The notes beneath the pieces are model-generated. The model saw only the letters and a list, made by a program, of their open reading frames with translations. It made no database searches and was not told the DNA's origin. Of a stretch of DNA of 64,000 nt, positions 39,401 through 51,709 are shown piece by piece (position 1 is the stretch's first letter; the number at the start of each line of letters is the position of its first letter). The stretch comes from Amoebophrya sp. A120. Its lineage: Eukaryota > Protista > Dinoflagellata. A program made the position numbers and the translations under genes. The stretch spans positions 13,904,664 through 13,968,663 of the forward strand of contig CAJINV010000001.1 of assembly GCA_905178155.1 (NCBI GenBank). Direction: 5' to 3'.

Positions 39401-39987
39401 ACATCCCCCGGGCCGCCGCGCAGCTGGACAAGCTGGGGCTCACCCGCGACCACCTGGCGGCGCAGCTTAGCGAATGCCGCGCGCCATTTGACTTGCGCGA
39501 TGAATACAAGTTGTTGGATACCGACGTCAAGAAGAAGCTCGGCCTGGAGCTGAAGAAGCCTGAGTACTAGTTCTGCACGTTTGTCTTTGAGTAGTTTCGT
39601 CAAAGAACAATGCTGAGTGTAGTATGAGTATATGACCACACTACTTATGTATCTGATTGTCTCTGATGTGCTAAGTGCCGGCCGACACTACAATTTTTGA
39701 AAATGTTGGTTCTTTCATGAATCTCGCACCCTGAAACTGCACCCAGGTACACGAACCAGCCGCTTGGCGGTGGAGCAGTGTTGAAGAGACCACGGAAGGA
39801 GAAGAAGGAGAAGGCAGCCCAGAACGACGATGGTCAGGAGCACGACGAGGAGTCAGAATCGGAGGAAGAAAGCGAAGTCGACGACGCCGCAAAACTCGAC
39901 GAAGCACTGAAAGCCGCAAAAGCAAAACCGAAGGGCAAGGCCAAAGCAAAGGGGAAGGCTGCGGCCAAGAAGAAAACAAAAACATGA
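36469..39987 (+). CDS. RFC1: Replication factor C large subunit (BRCT + AAA+ + RFC1 C-terminal domain), 724 aa
   Basis: Exons 36469-36586, 37272-38051, 38224-38680, 38985-39563, 39747-39987; BRCT (LEGKTFVFT...LGGKATDSVSGKTSYLVAG), WVLKYAP, Walker A GPPGIGKTT, NASD, MDEADGM, VICIAND, LLVQENY, FPQWLGKNS. Confidence 0.93.
36587..37266. mobile_element. Introner/MITE-like non-canonical intron 1 of RFC1 (680 bp)
   Basis: TIR TATCAAAAGGGAAAATCCCCCC.../...GGGGGGATTTTTCTTCTTGATA, TSD GGGCG; removal restores LGGKAT in the BRCT domain. Confidence 0.88.
38681..38979. mobile_element. Introner/MITE-like non-canonical intron 3 of RFC1 (299 bp)
   Basis: TIR TATTACAGTGAAAAGTACCCCCCACCCC/GGGGTGGGGGCATTTTTCATTGTAATA, TSD CAGAT; removal gives EQMDAYF. 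Confidence 0.9.
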
Positions 39988-40522
39988 ACTTGACTCTGAA
40001 TATAAGGAGACCAGATGAACATCAATGAGCAACAAAAAAGAAAATCTCCACACCAGCACAATGTCAATGATCTGTTGTTGTTGAAATCCGATGATTGATG
40101 TGAGAACAACAACGAAAACTACCATGGATTCACAGAATGAGACACCTCACCAGGATACGAGCCGAATGATTTGCGACAGAGCATTGGTGTCATCAATGCA
40201 ATGACAATCATGGGAACGACCATCCAAATCGAAATCTTTTCTATTCAAAAATCTTCTCAACAATAAATCTAAAAACGAAAATTTGATTCAATGAGGAAGT
40301 GCATATCTATTCGTAACATCTATCCCTCCTGTAAAAATGTTATTGGTGTGTATTCATCGAATTTCGGATTTATGTCGTGGAATCTTTCAAAATTCGAATT
40401 CCCATATTCAATGTGATTTTGGTTTTTTCGAAATCTGTTAAATATGATCTATGTCATATCTTCATCGATCTCATCTCCATGATTATCAAGATAGAAGAAA
40501 AAAAAAATCCATCGATCTATCT

Positions 40523-41036
40523 ATGTCTATGTCTGGAGATATCTGATAGATATCAGATAATCAAGATCTTCGATCTGATATATTATATGTTTTTTTTTCT
40601 TCTTCTGGAAATTTTTGAAGCCCCGGAGTGTATTATTATAAATTCTGGAAATTTTTCGAAAATTTCCAAAAAAATTTGTCCGATGTGTATTCTGCAAGGC
40701 ATGTCCGACCGGATTCCATGTTTTTGTTTCCTGTTCTCCATGATTCGGAAACTTATGAAATTTGCAAAAATGCAAAAAAATGTCTATGTCTGGAGATATC
40801 TGATAGATATCAGATAATCAAGATCTTCGATCAGATATATTATATGTTTTTTTTTCTTCTTCTGGAAATTTTTGAAGCCCCGGAGTGTATTATTATAAAT
40901 TCTGGAAATTTTTCGAAAATTTCCAAAAAAATTTGTCCGATGTGTATTCTGCAAGGCATGTCCGACCGGATTCCATGTTTTTGTTTCCTGTTCTCCATGA
41001 TTCGGAAACTTATGAAATTTCGAAAATGCAAAAAAA
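40523..41036. repeat. AT-rich tandem duplication, 257-bp unit x2
   Basis: 40523-40779 repeated at 40780-~41036; spurious ORFs duplicated at the same 257 offset. Confidence 0.9.
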
Positions 41037-41575
41037 TTTTTTGGGAAATTTTCTGAAAAATTTGCAACATGACCTGACCCCAATTCTGCGAGAATTTTTC
41101 CAATTGAAAAAATTCGAAAATGAGTTGATCAATTTTCCAATGATCTGACCCCAATTTGAAAAAATTTAAAAAGAATTTTCTGGAAATTTTGCAAAATTCC
41201 TTTTAAAGATTTACACAAATTATTTTTCCGATTTTTTCGGAATTTATTTCTTCTAAAAAAATGCCCAGAATCAAATCGCGAAAAAAATTTCAAAAAAATT
41301 GACGTTCAGGCATTAATCCAGATCCTCGATCCTGAGCTTCAAAAATATAAAATTCACAAAAATTTTGGAATGGAAAATTTTATGAATTTCAGAATTATGA
41401 TGAATATTCATCCAAATTGTGTCATGGAATCTTGCGAATTCAGGATGATAATAATTTTTCTTCTTTCATGATAGGATCCATGATTTTTTTTTCGACAAAT
41501 TCGAAAGACACATGAGAAAACATCCAAAAAATTTCAAGAATAATTAACATGAGTTTTGATATATTCATCGATCTC

Positions 41576-41694
41576 TTCTTCGGATTTCTCCTAATTCTTC
41601 GGATTTCTCCTAATTCTTCGGATTTCTCCTAATTCTTCGGCTTTCTCCTAATTCTTCGGATTTCTCCTAATTCTTCGGATTTCTCCTAATTCTT
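41576..41694. repeat. Minisatellite (TTCTTCGGATTTCTCCTAA)x6
   Basis: Six contiguous 19-bp units with one substitution and no spacers. Confidence 0.95.
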
Positions 41695-41857
41695 GGATGA
41701 ATTTTTCATGAATGGCTCATCGAAGTCAATGGGTTCTTAATATGTTCTTAATATGGGAATTCTGTCTTAAAACAATGAGCGAACTATACAATAGGAAGAT
41801 AAACAATAGATCATCTTCATCATCATCCTCCTCCTCAGATCACATCATCCCAATTTT

Positions 41858-42457
41858 ATCGTCGTGGAGAAAATTCGTAGAACTCATATTTTGCCCGTCA
41901 CCCGACGATCCGTGAAGCCAGGCAGAGCGGATCCATCAAGAACACACACTAACGCTCGCTCTAGGACGAACGAACGCTTCGCGCGAACGTGCTCGAGACG
42001 GAAGCCCCGCCCGGCTTCAGAGAAACGCCTGGCTAGTCGAAGAAAAGGAGGAGACTCTCCTCAGACTCAGACACTCTCTCGAAACCCAAGAAGTGCCAGC
42101 AAGAAACGCGCGCTGGCTCCGGTGAGAACAACGTCCCTAAATGACTTCCTCTAGGGCGAGGAGGGCGGGAGAAAAGAGAAAATGGACTCGCGTTTATACG
42201 GTATGCGCGACCCACCGCGCTCAGAACAGCGTAGACTCAGACTCCCTCACACTCATTTTCTTCGACTCAAAACTGACGCTAGCGAAATTCTCCGAATTTC
42301 TCGAAGCATAAAATTTATCGTCGTGGAGAAAATTCGTAGAACTCATATTTTGCCCGTCACCCGACGATCCGTGAAGCCAGGCAGAGCGGATCCATCAAGA
42401 ACACACACTAACGCTCGCTCTAGGACGAGCGAACGCCTCGCGCGAACGTGCTCGAGA
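41858..42457 (-). repeat. 3' split direct repeat block (B2 41858-41998, spacer, A2 42170-42316, B1 42317-42457)
   Basis: Direct alignment; the B1/A2 junction equals the join of the element's two ends. Confidence 0.9.
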
Positions 42458-43042
42458 AAAGGCATTGTGGGCATTTTGGGCTATGAGTATGCAAAACTTG
42501 TTTTTGACAGCTGCGTCATAAAAAACGACTTTTATGTTGTGACTTGTGCGTTTGCTGTAGAACCTGTCTAGAACGATCGCGTAGTCTTGCATTTTTCCGG
42601 CATTTCTGCCACATCCTATTCTCAGAGGGATGGCGATTGATTTGACGCCGTTGTTGATGCTGTGAATTGCTATTTTGTACATGGAGTCATTGAAAGCATC
42701 TAGCCTGCTTTGAGCAGTGTCAAAAGGGTGTACATGTGACGGCGGGCCTGGTGCCCACATGGCGTAAATGTTTACAACTGGGTGAAAAATGGAAAAAGAT
42801 CGAAACGGTTTTTTCTCTGCTGGAAGCATGTATGTGTTTGCATGAGGATATTTTTTGAAGAGCACTTCGGCCACTCCTTTCGGTGTGACCGAGATGCAGT
42901 TGCAAATGTGAAGAGTTAGCTGCTCTTTAGCTTCTGATATGCATTTGAAGACTGTGTTGAATGGCAAACTGACTGCTCTGCAGAAAACTGCGCTGCTTAG
43001 CAGCTTCTCGCACTGCGGCGAGATCAACCGCAACTCAGCCAC
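42395..43042 (-). CDS. Macrodomain (Poa1p/TARG1-like ADP-ribose-processing) protein carried by the retrotransposon; possibly a frameshifted continuation of ORF 43035-43352
   Basis: HICNCIS..PKGVAEVLFKKYP...VVNIYAMWAPG...SIAIPLRIGCGRNAGKMQDY matches the macro motifs (NC..G.A..F..YP; SIA.P..IGCG..GG.W). Confidence 0.75.
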   Translation of the reverse strand: MAELRLISPQCEKLLSSAVFCRAVSLPFNTVFKCISEAKEQLTLHICNCISVTPKGVAEVLFKKYPHANTYMLPAEKKPFRSFSIFHPVVNIYAMWAPGPPSHVHPFDTAQSRLDAFNDSMYKIAIHSINNGVKSIAIPLRIGCGRNAGKMQDYAIVLDRFYSKRTSHNIKVVFYDAAVKNKFCILIAQNAHNAFSRARSREAFARPRASVSVCS

Positions 43043-44786
43043 ACACTTCGTCGCACCACTTGTCTATCGGTACAGAAAGAAGTACTTCGTAGCTGTCTTG
43101 TGCTGCTATTTGTCCCCCGTGTCTGGTGGTTGCGAAGATGTGAGAACCCTTCTTGTGCTTGATCTTCGCTCTGAAGAAAGAGGCGGCTTTCTGTGCGAAT
43201 CTTCCTCCCGCGTCTGGGATGAATAGCGCTAGCCGTGGTCGGTTTGCGATGGGGACGTTCTTGATCACTTTTTCCAGGAACTTTGGGAGCACCGTGGTCA
43301 GATGAATGACGAAACCGCGCCAGCTTTTGGATTTCTTCGGTTTTTCTTTCAAAAAAAAACTCTTCCCCCCCGGGGCCCCAAAAGCGTTCGGCGCCCGCTA
43401 GATGAAAGCGTGGCCCCAAGCCGTCGCGCGGAAATTCGGCCCGGCAAAAACAGCCGCCCAAGCCAACGCGTGCCGGGATCATGTCGCCACGCCGGCCGGC
43501 TCTTCAAAACAGGGAGCCGCCCGGGGCTTGGCCGTGGTACGCCGTAGTCAGATGGCTGGTCGCAAGGCCGGGCGCACCGGGGGGCTTTGGTTGCTCCGGC
43601 AAAAGAAGCCGGGGGACTGGAGAGGGCACGGGGCCACCCTCACGAAGGCCCGCGGGCGCCCGGTGCGTGTGTATTTAGCCCTTTGCTGCCTCGTTGCTGG
43701 CGGCGGCCTCTCAATTTAAGTGGGGCCGGCCGGAGAATGCAGGCCGTGTTGCCCTAGAAATGGCGCAGCGGCAGAAGAGCCAGCAAGGCCAGGCGCGAAA
43801 CAGGAAGGGCCCTCGGGATGGCGCCTGTACGCCGGGCCCCTTGTGTGCCCTAACCAAAACACCCGCGCTGGGCGATTCGGCGGGGGCCGTTTTCTGGGCG
43901 ATCATTTTGTCCCAATTTTCTCCAGATTTTCTCCCGACGTCCGGAACCTCTTGTCCGGGACCTCGGGAAGAACCGGAGAAAATTAGGAAAAATCTTGCGA
44001 ATTATTTTCTTCAGATTTTCTCATTATTTTCTCAAACGCACCTCCATCATTTTGTCCGTTCCACGACCTGACGACCACGGTTATAGCGACCTCGTCATTT
44101 TGTCGGCTGGACAAAATGATGAGAAAATGATGTGAAAATAATGAGGAAATCTGGAGAAGGTGATGACCATAAGTTTTCGCGCGACCTTCCTTCGGAAGGA
44201 CGGCGAAAACTGGGGCCCCGGGATACAGAAAGGGGGCCGGGGATATTGGGCGCGAAATGGGCCCGGGACGTGGCGAAGGCGCCGCGCCGGTCCCTGCCTT
44301 CGGGAGGGCGCCCCGCTGATGGCGGGTCACAACCCCCGGCCGAGCATGGATCCTGTGCTCTATGTCTCCTCCCGGCTTCCTTGGGGGCCCCGTGCCTGGA
44401 ATGGAACGGGCGCCCGCGCTTCACGCGCCCTACCAAGCTTGGCCGTGCCCTCTTCCCCCTCCGGCGTGGCCCATACAAGGACGCATGCCTACCGTTCCCC
44501 CTGCTTCGCTTCGGCGCTCGGCCCCGGTTGGCCAGTTTGCGCCAGGCCCCCAGGCAGGGTGGGCGCCTGCGCGGCCTGGACCAACCGCGCCCGCGCCCCA
44601 CTTCCCCTCCGGCAGGGTCCCCGGAATGCCACAGCCCAGCGTGGCATCCGGGCCCCCAAGAGCACCAGCGCAATCGCAAGCGGCCCCACAGGGGCGACGC
44701 CGCTTCTTTGTGGGGCCGCACACGCCAGGCCCTGGGCAATTCTGCTCGTTGGGCGCGACCTCAGTGCGCGGCAGTTAGGAAATTTC

Positions 44787-46871
44787 TTAAATTGAAGAAA
44801 TCCGAGAGAAAAAGGGAGCAAAATGATCATCCGTCGCGCCGGCCCCAAGGAACTGCAAAGTTGCAAAAACTAGTTCCCCCGGCGGGAGCCACCAGCTGGG
44901 CTTTTTTGCGATTTCGTCGATGTGCTCAAAAGGCTGAAAATTGACGATGTAAGAAGCTGGAAGACGTACTTCTTCTGCTGTGACTGTGCTGAGTGCTTCT
45001 GTATGCAGACCTGGGATCTTCTTTTGTATGTGGTTCCATGCTCTTGTGTTCAAAAATCTGCTGGGTTCTGGGTCCTGGTATGGCTTGATGTAGTCGTCGA
45101 ACCTGCTAAGGCAGTCGGCCACAACGTTTTCCTTGCCGTAAATTTTTGCACCTATTCCTTCTAGGTTGTTGTTGGCCATGAAAGACTTGTATCTTCTTGT
45201 CAGCGCGTTCATCTGCTCGTCGCCGTGCTTTCCTTTGTTGACAAAACGTCTGGCAGTCATGTTGTCCGTGTAGTACAAAAAAAGATGTTTTTGACCTATC
45301 TTCCCTAATTGCTTCATCTTTTCCAGCGCCAGCGCTGGCGTTGCTGATTCTTTGACGTTGATGTTGCTGTTCGCTAACCACAGCGGAAAATCTTCTGCAT
45401 AATGATGACCATCACAAGTTGCTCCCCACCTTCCGCCGGTGGCCGCGTCGCCTCTCATGATCAAGAACGCGCTCGAAGGAATTGAACGCAGGAATTGTGA
45501 TCCGTAGCTGAGAACTTCTTTGTCCCAGAGGAAGGAGCGGGAGCCGTAGAAGTGGATCTTCCTTTTCGGTTTCTTCTTGATTTCTACTATCCACCACTGC
45601 ACGTCCTGTAGCGCGGCTGCTGTCAGGTAGACCTTGGGGCTGTGACTATTGCATGTCTGCCAAAGCCGGTAGCAGTTGGACTTGTTGAGGCAGTCCTGAA
45701 GGTTTTGCAAAGGGCCGTCTAATACGACGGTGATGGAAATGAACTTGCCCACTATCATGGCGACTGTTTTTGCTGTTGACTGCAGGTTCTCTTTCGCCGA
45801 CGCTTCTGCATAGAACTGCTCCGCGTCCTTGATGTATTTTTCTCTTCTCTCTTCGTCGATCATGAAGTACATCGTCTCCGTGCATGCTTCGAACCCTAAC
45901 CAAGGGATCTGCTTCGTTGGTTCTATCTTCTTGCCGGGTTTTGTGTGCAAGCGGCAACCCATGACGGAGAACATGAAGTACGTCTTGTGGAACTCTTTCA
46001 GCGTTGATCGGTAGCATGTCGACAGAGGATGTGGCAGAATTCCTCTTACGTCATCAACGTAGTCGAGCACTATTGCTCGTAAGCCGGCTCTTTGTTGTAC
46101 TCATAGTAGTTCCTTAATGTTCAAATCGTTGTCGCCGGGGGCACTTTTGACGCCGAACGGCAGGAGCAAGTGCGTTCCTTTGGAACCGGTGAGCGGCACG
46201 TCTACGCCCAACATCCTTCTTTGAGAGGGATGTATGGGCCAGTGACTGTAGCAGTCTGCAAGGTCCAGTCCGAACACGTAAGCTCCTGGTGATAGATGTG
46301 GGAAGAGGTGCCGCCATCCCTTGTAGTCCACTGGCGTTCCGTATATGCTTTGACTCAGAGCAATTTTTGGACAGCTCCAATCCGTCACTAGCCTCATCTT
46401 GTTCCTCTGTCGTAGTATTGTTCCTGGCGCGATGCAAAGGTCTTTTGGAGTTGATGAGTCGTAGATGTACACTCTGCTGCTTGCTGCGAATCTCCAAATT
46501 TCGTCGGAAAAGTGGTCGGCGTACAAGTCTGCTCCTGAGTAGTTCTTTACTTGTACTGGGGAGAAGGTGGCGTCTGTTATGCTGAAAAGCTGACCTCCGA
46601 ATAGCCTTCTCATCACTTCTGGCTTGACGCCGTATCTCGCCATCTGGAAAGGGCAAAGACTGAGCCCTTGGCGCGTCGTGATGTCTTCTTTGTCTCTCCA
46701 TTCGTCGGAGGGGCCTTTCTGGCTGCGCAGGAATTCAAGTGCAGACTGTCTGCAAAGCGGAAGACCCATGCTGCTGCATTCTTCGAAGCTCCATTCTGGG
46801 TCCGGCTGCAGTTCTAAATCTACTTCTGTCTCGCTCGCCTGTGGCGGGAACTCTGGCCACCAGTCCGCCAT
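44787..46871 (-). pseudogene. Reverse transcriptase-RNase H (plus a possible degenerate methyltransferase-like tail), with an in-frame TGA at 46101-46103
   Basis: LDLADCYSHWPI, LPFG, YVDD, WLGF; RNase H GDAA...NINVKE...YTDN...GKENVVADCLSR; ORFs 46101-46871 and 44787-46070 are in the same frame. Confidence 0.9.
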
Positions 46872-47081
46872 CTCTCTAAATGCCTATTCCCGACGGTAGC
46901 GACGGCTACGTTAGCATTGATATAATAGGAAAAGTCTCTCTGACTACTACTTTGCTCTTGCGAATCTCTCTTACTAGCTCTCTGCGCGAGCTGACTTCTG
47001 AATGCGACTTTCGACTCGAGCCGACTTTTCTGCTAGAACACAGCTCCGCTTGCGTCCGAGAAATTCTTCCGGTGATAAATA

Positions 47082-48777
47082 TCATTCGACGTTCATAATC
47101 TTGTGCACTTCTCTGAAAATGTTCTTGTCAAGCTTCTCGTCTTTTGCTCCTTTTGCCACTGTCGGCGCTGCTTTCTCAAAGTCTGCTTGCGATATTCCGA
47201 GCGGAAAATGACTGATTTTATCTAACAGCGACCTGCTCGACTGTGCGTCCCTGCGAAGTACCGCTTGCTCTAGCTGTACTGCGAGATTTTTTATTCCATT
47301 GAAAAGGGATGTGCGTGGGAATCTTTCGTTGACTTTAATAGCAAGTTCTTCGTGAGTGACCGGACTGTAGACTTCGCCCAACATCTTGCAATTAGCCCAA
47401 CCTCCCTGATTGTGAGCTAAGTTTCTTGAAAGGCTCGCTAGGTGCCTTGCGCCTGCTTTCCGCAAGCCTAGCGGTCCTTCTATTTTTACTGAACCTGGAA
47501 GGTGCTTTTTGAAAACGTCTTTAAGCTTAAGTCTGAGGTGGTCCTGCGACAGAGGCGTCCCTCTCGATCCTCTGTTGTTGCATGCTATCACAAAAAAGGC
47601 GGAACAGCTGCCGCTCAAGTACGGTTTTTTGAAATTATAGTATATGAAGGCATTCGCCCATCTGAGCCATGAGACTATTTTTAAAGTTAAGTAACAGGGC
47701 ATGACACAGAAGTTTCCCTGTGCATATATATCATTTTTTGCTTTTACTATTTGAAGGCAAAAGTATCTTTCGTTGTCTTTTGGTACGGAGGGGTTCAAAA
47801 ATTTTACTATAAAGGCGTCTGTCAAAAGTTCTCGCATTTCTGCGCCACGTCGCACTCCGATGAACTGGATGCTTGCTAGTAAGGCTATCTGGTAATGCTG
47901 AGCGGCTTGTAGAGCCTCAAAAGACGAAAGATGCTTGACTGTGAATTTCGGTGCCTTAGGACCGTCAATGCCTGTTGGACAGCAAAGGAGAAGGAGAGTC
48001 TGATATGCTTTGTGCAACACGAAATCTATTTGCAAAATGGAAGGAAGAAACTTCTTTGTCTCGTTGAGCGGAAGCTGTGCGGATCTTTTATTTCATCCCT
48101 TCCCATACTCTAGTGAAAGGCCGAGATTTGAGTCTCGTGCTGTAGTAGCTTGCTTGATGCCTGCAACTGTTGTAACAGCCTATTGCTGCGCTAAGGCTTC
48201 GGAAATAAGACCATAATATCTTGCCGGAGTTTTTGTCTGTCATTCCTTCGTGGCAACTGCTTTCTGACGCAAACGTGTTGAAAAAAAGATTACATTCTTG
48301 CTCGTTTGTTATCGGCCAGAGCAGCATTCCTAAATGCTCGCTTACTCTTGGCACTACTTGCTTCAGGACGTTGGTGTAATTTGTTGTCGTAGATTTTGCT
48401 ACACTGCTACTGGTGAAAACAAAATGAGAATGAAGAAGCTTTTCTCTAACTTCGTCTCTGGAAGCGAAGGAAACGAACCATTGCGGTCCTTGAGGAAACA
48501 AAACTATTTCTATTGCATCTCCTTTCGAGAAAGACTTGTAACTTTTTATCGATCCTGATAGAACGCCACTACTTCTTTCTGGCTTCGGCTGCACTGTTCC
48601 GCGCTGCTGTAATTCATGGTAGGCTTTGGCGCTCTGTGTGACGTTCTGCTTTCCCGATGGTCTGGAAGAACTAGCGCTGCTGCTTGGCGCTGCGGTGGTG
48701 CTTACGAAGTTCTTGTATGCTTCGCTATCCGAGTGCGAGTCTACAAAAACGAAGCCGTCGCTCACGATGGTGCTCAT
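47082..48777 (-). pseudogene. Tyrosine recombinase of the retrotransposon (1-bp frameshift near 48090)
   Basis: GVRRGAEMREL (catalytic R), KAKND (K), GLRKAGA (xxLR box), GGW...EVY (Y); N-terminal core-binding-like SSVAKSTTTNY. Confidence 0.8.
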
Positions 48778-49515
48778 GGCTGGCTCGATGATGTTGTCGA
48801 AAGACTTCCCTACCGGGTGTTGGTCTTTTGCTTGCGGGCTTACCTGAATGAATGGATTATTTAGATACGAAGTTTTCTAATGCAGCGTGACAAAGCGACT
48901 TCGTTCCAACTTAAAACAAAAACAAGTACCGGCTGTGCTGCTGCGTTGTCAAAGAGGACTTTGACTTCCTCTTTTGGTTTGTCTTTCTTCATTTTTTTGT
49001 CATTTCGCTCTTGATTGAGCTGCGCTCCTAGCGCCGAGCATATCGCTCGCTTCATATTGTAGCGCGACATCGACATCCTACGGGTCTTTTGATGTATTGA
49101 CAATGATAGAAATGACTTGGGACGATAAAAAGTGATGCGAGAGAAATTAAGTGTGCGTGGTTCTGATCTTGATATTGATGAGATGGCGACTGGGACTGTT
49201 TCAATTGCTGATCTGATGTATATTGCTGAAAATACGAAAGAGAGAATTGATCTTGACTGTGGAGGAACAGGATCTTAGAGGAACACTAAGTCGCACTTCT
49301 GGAAAATCTTACGTCTGTTTGACGAATCTGCGAAAAATCTTTAGCGGCACGTGGTTGACAAACAAAAAAACGCACAATGTCGGTTACAACCTGTTCAATG
49401 AGCTGAAACTACCATGGCTGTGCGAAAGGGACTGGCTGACCTGGCTGCCATGCCTGCTGTGGTGGACCCCACTGCGGCTTTCCTTTCTTTCCTCCTCCCT
49501 TCGAGGCTGGGGGAT

Positions 49516-51262
49516 TTATGCATTTACTAGCCCAATGCTTCCCTTTGGACAGTGACTGCAGTTAATCATACACTCCGTGCCTAGTGCTTCGCATGCCTGG
49601 AGTCCTCTATCGTGTCTCTTTGAGAGACCGCGTCCCGCTAAATAACAGCTTCGACAAGCTGTTGGATGCATTTCGAACCATTTGTATGCCATTTCTCTAT
49701 CTACTTTTTTGGCATTTTCGAAATTAGCCGCTGCTGTCATCCTGTCTGCAGCTGGTAGTGTCAATATTCTATTGATTTCCTGCTGCTTCTGCTCTACGGT
49801 CCAGGACTTGTAGTTGGCTTGCTGCGGAGTTGCGGTGAAACTGGATGGCGCGCTTGGTGACTGCTGTGGCTGCGTCGTCTGCTGCAGTATTGATCCTTTG
49901 CCTCCTCCTGGGGTGAAAGGCGCTTTTGTCAGCGGGGCGAAACCTCCATACTGGTCTCCGTGCGATCCTCTTTTGTTCGATCCTAAGGACTGCATGTAGT
50001 TGTTAGTGGCTTGTTGGATTTGGATCATGGAGTTGATGATGGACGGGTTACTCATGTTGACTATTCCCATCATTGCGAATTTGTGGAAGAAGTAGGAACT
50101 CCACAAGCACACTTTTGCGTCGCTCAGTCTGCTCTGCATTTTGATTTCTTTCGAAATCGCTGATGTGATGAAAATTGGAAATTAAAACTGCTCTCTTGTG
50201 CGAGAGATATCATGCTTTTATCAGTCTGCAATCTCTCTTCTTTTCATGCCAAAGAAAATAGAACTACCTTTGAACAGATAGTATGCTATGTAGCATAAAT
50301 TTGCTCCCGGCTCTGAATGAGCTTGCGCTTTCGGGTTGAGATGCTGGATGGACTCTTCGATGAAGTCGAGGACAAAAAGGTGATGGTCTGCGATGACTGC
50401 GATGTTGTCGCCGGAGAAGAGCAGGATGATCTGATTTATACAAGAACTCCTCTTTGTTCAAGTCTTGCTGCGCTGTCCTTTATCTGCCAGTAATTTGTTA
50501 ATTGTCTAAATCTTAACTTCGAATAGTCTATGTCTTGTTCTTTCCAAAAACTGCTCACCTGCTTGAAGTGCTTCTTGCAATATGCAAATGATCCTCCGTT
50601 TTTTGGCAGCAGTAGCTTTTTGAATGGGTAATGATCATGCTTGAGTCGTTTCATGTCACGAAAAGTTTTTGCCACTTCTTCGTTGTTGTTGTTGTTGTTG
50701 CTGTTCTGCGCCATGGACTGCGCTAGCAGCAAGTCGTTGTTGTTCAACTTGGAGACGTCGACTTCCTTGAACGGAGGTCGCTTTAATTCTGCCAAAGCTT
50801 CTTTCTTGTCCTTGGTGCTCATCGTGATGAATTGCTGGAACCACGGATGGTTTTGCATGATGGACTGTGTCATCTCTTGCTCGCTGTTGTTCTTGACTAG
50901 CGCGGTTTTCACCTGGATGTGAGAAGGGAAAAGATGTCTACTCATGCTGAAATGAATGTCCGAGAAGAAAATAATAATGTCATTACTCACTCTTATATAT
51001 AGAAACACTATGAAATAAATGATACCGCTGAGACTTGAGACTTTGACTGCTCCACGTGGCATGGTGTGCAAAGACTTTCTTTCTGCTTTGTCCGGTTGAC
51101 GGTCTTGAAGAAGCTGCGCGCTAAATCTCCGCTTGTGTTGACGCAAGCTTTGCAAATGCCTGCACTGCGAGAGCAAGCCTGCCCTCCGTGTCCTTTGCAT
51201 CGGATTTCGAACTCGCCTTCATCCTTTGCGGCGAAACAACCACTACACTTAAGGCTTACCAT
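49516..51262 (-). pseudogene. Gag-like gene with two GT-AG introns, N-terminal Cys-rich finger and a frameshifted C-terminal CCHC knuckle
   Basis: Introns 51025-50913 and 50267-50160 join frames; CSHCPKG/KHWASKC gives CX2CX4HX4C after a 1-nt shift near 49541; further frameshift(s) near 50440-50470. Confidence 0.65.
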
Positions 51263-51709
51263 CCTATTGGCTACTGGTAGAGACGGGTAGGGAGATGAAT
51301 TTCTTCGGGAAGAAATGTCTCATCCTGCGCTTATGTAAGGATAACTGCTATGAGCTTGAAGATTGCTTTCTCTCTGAGAAGGATCTCGCTCTGAAAATAA
51401 TACTCTCTAATCTCTCTGATAAACTGCTAAGAAAAATATGGCTGTGAGGATTGCTCTCTCTGTGAGGGAGATCTCGTGGCTTGCGTGCTTGAAGATAACA
51501 CGAGACGAAAAGAGAACAGAGCTGATGAATGCTTGAGAAGGATGCTTGGCCGCATGCTATTTCTGATGAATCTTTTAGGACAGGAATTTCATTTGAATGC
51601 TTTTAGACGCGTTCAATTGTCGGAAGAGTAATCATTGACAGTGTCTTTTTCTTGAGAGTGTCTTTGTGTCTCCGCTTGGCGGGAAGAATGAGAATGGCTT
51701 TTGCTCTTC

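Noticed and set aside
83-39985. Numerous minus-strand and alternative-frame ORFs overlapping the long + genes
   Set aside because: Shadow ORFs of GC-rich, low-complexity coding sequence
40377-41154. ORFs in the AT-rich duplication
   Set aside because: They are translations of a tandem repeat with F/I/K bias and no motifs
41576-41694. 19-bp repeats as a CRISPR array
   Set aside because: Units are contiguous with no spacers, there are no cas genes, and the context is eukaryotic
43402-44944. Overlapping 100-270 aa ORFs in the GC-rich block
   Set aside because: Arg/Pro/Gly-rich products in all frames are typical of stop-poor GC-rich non-coding DNA
46101-46103. Programmed read-through or an alternative genetic code at the RT TGA
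   Set aside because: The element has several other frameshifts and host genes use TGA as stop, so decay or sequence error is simpler
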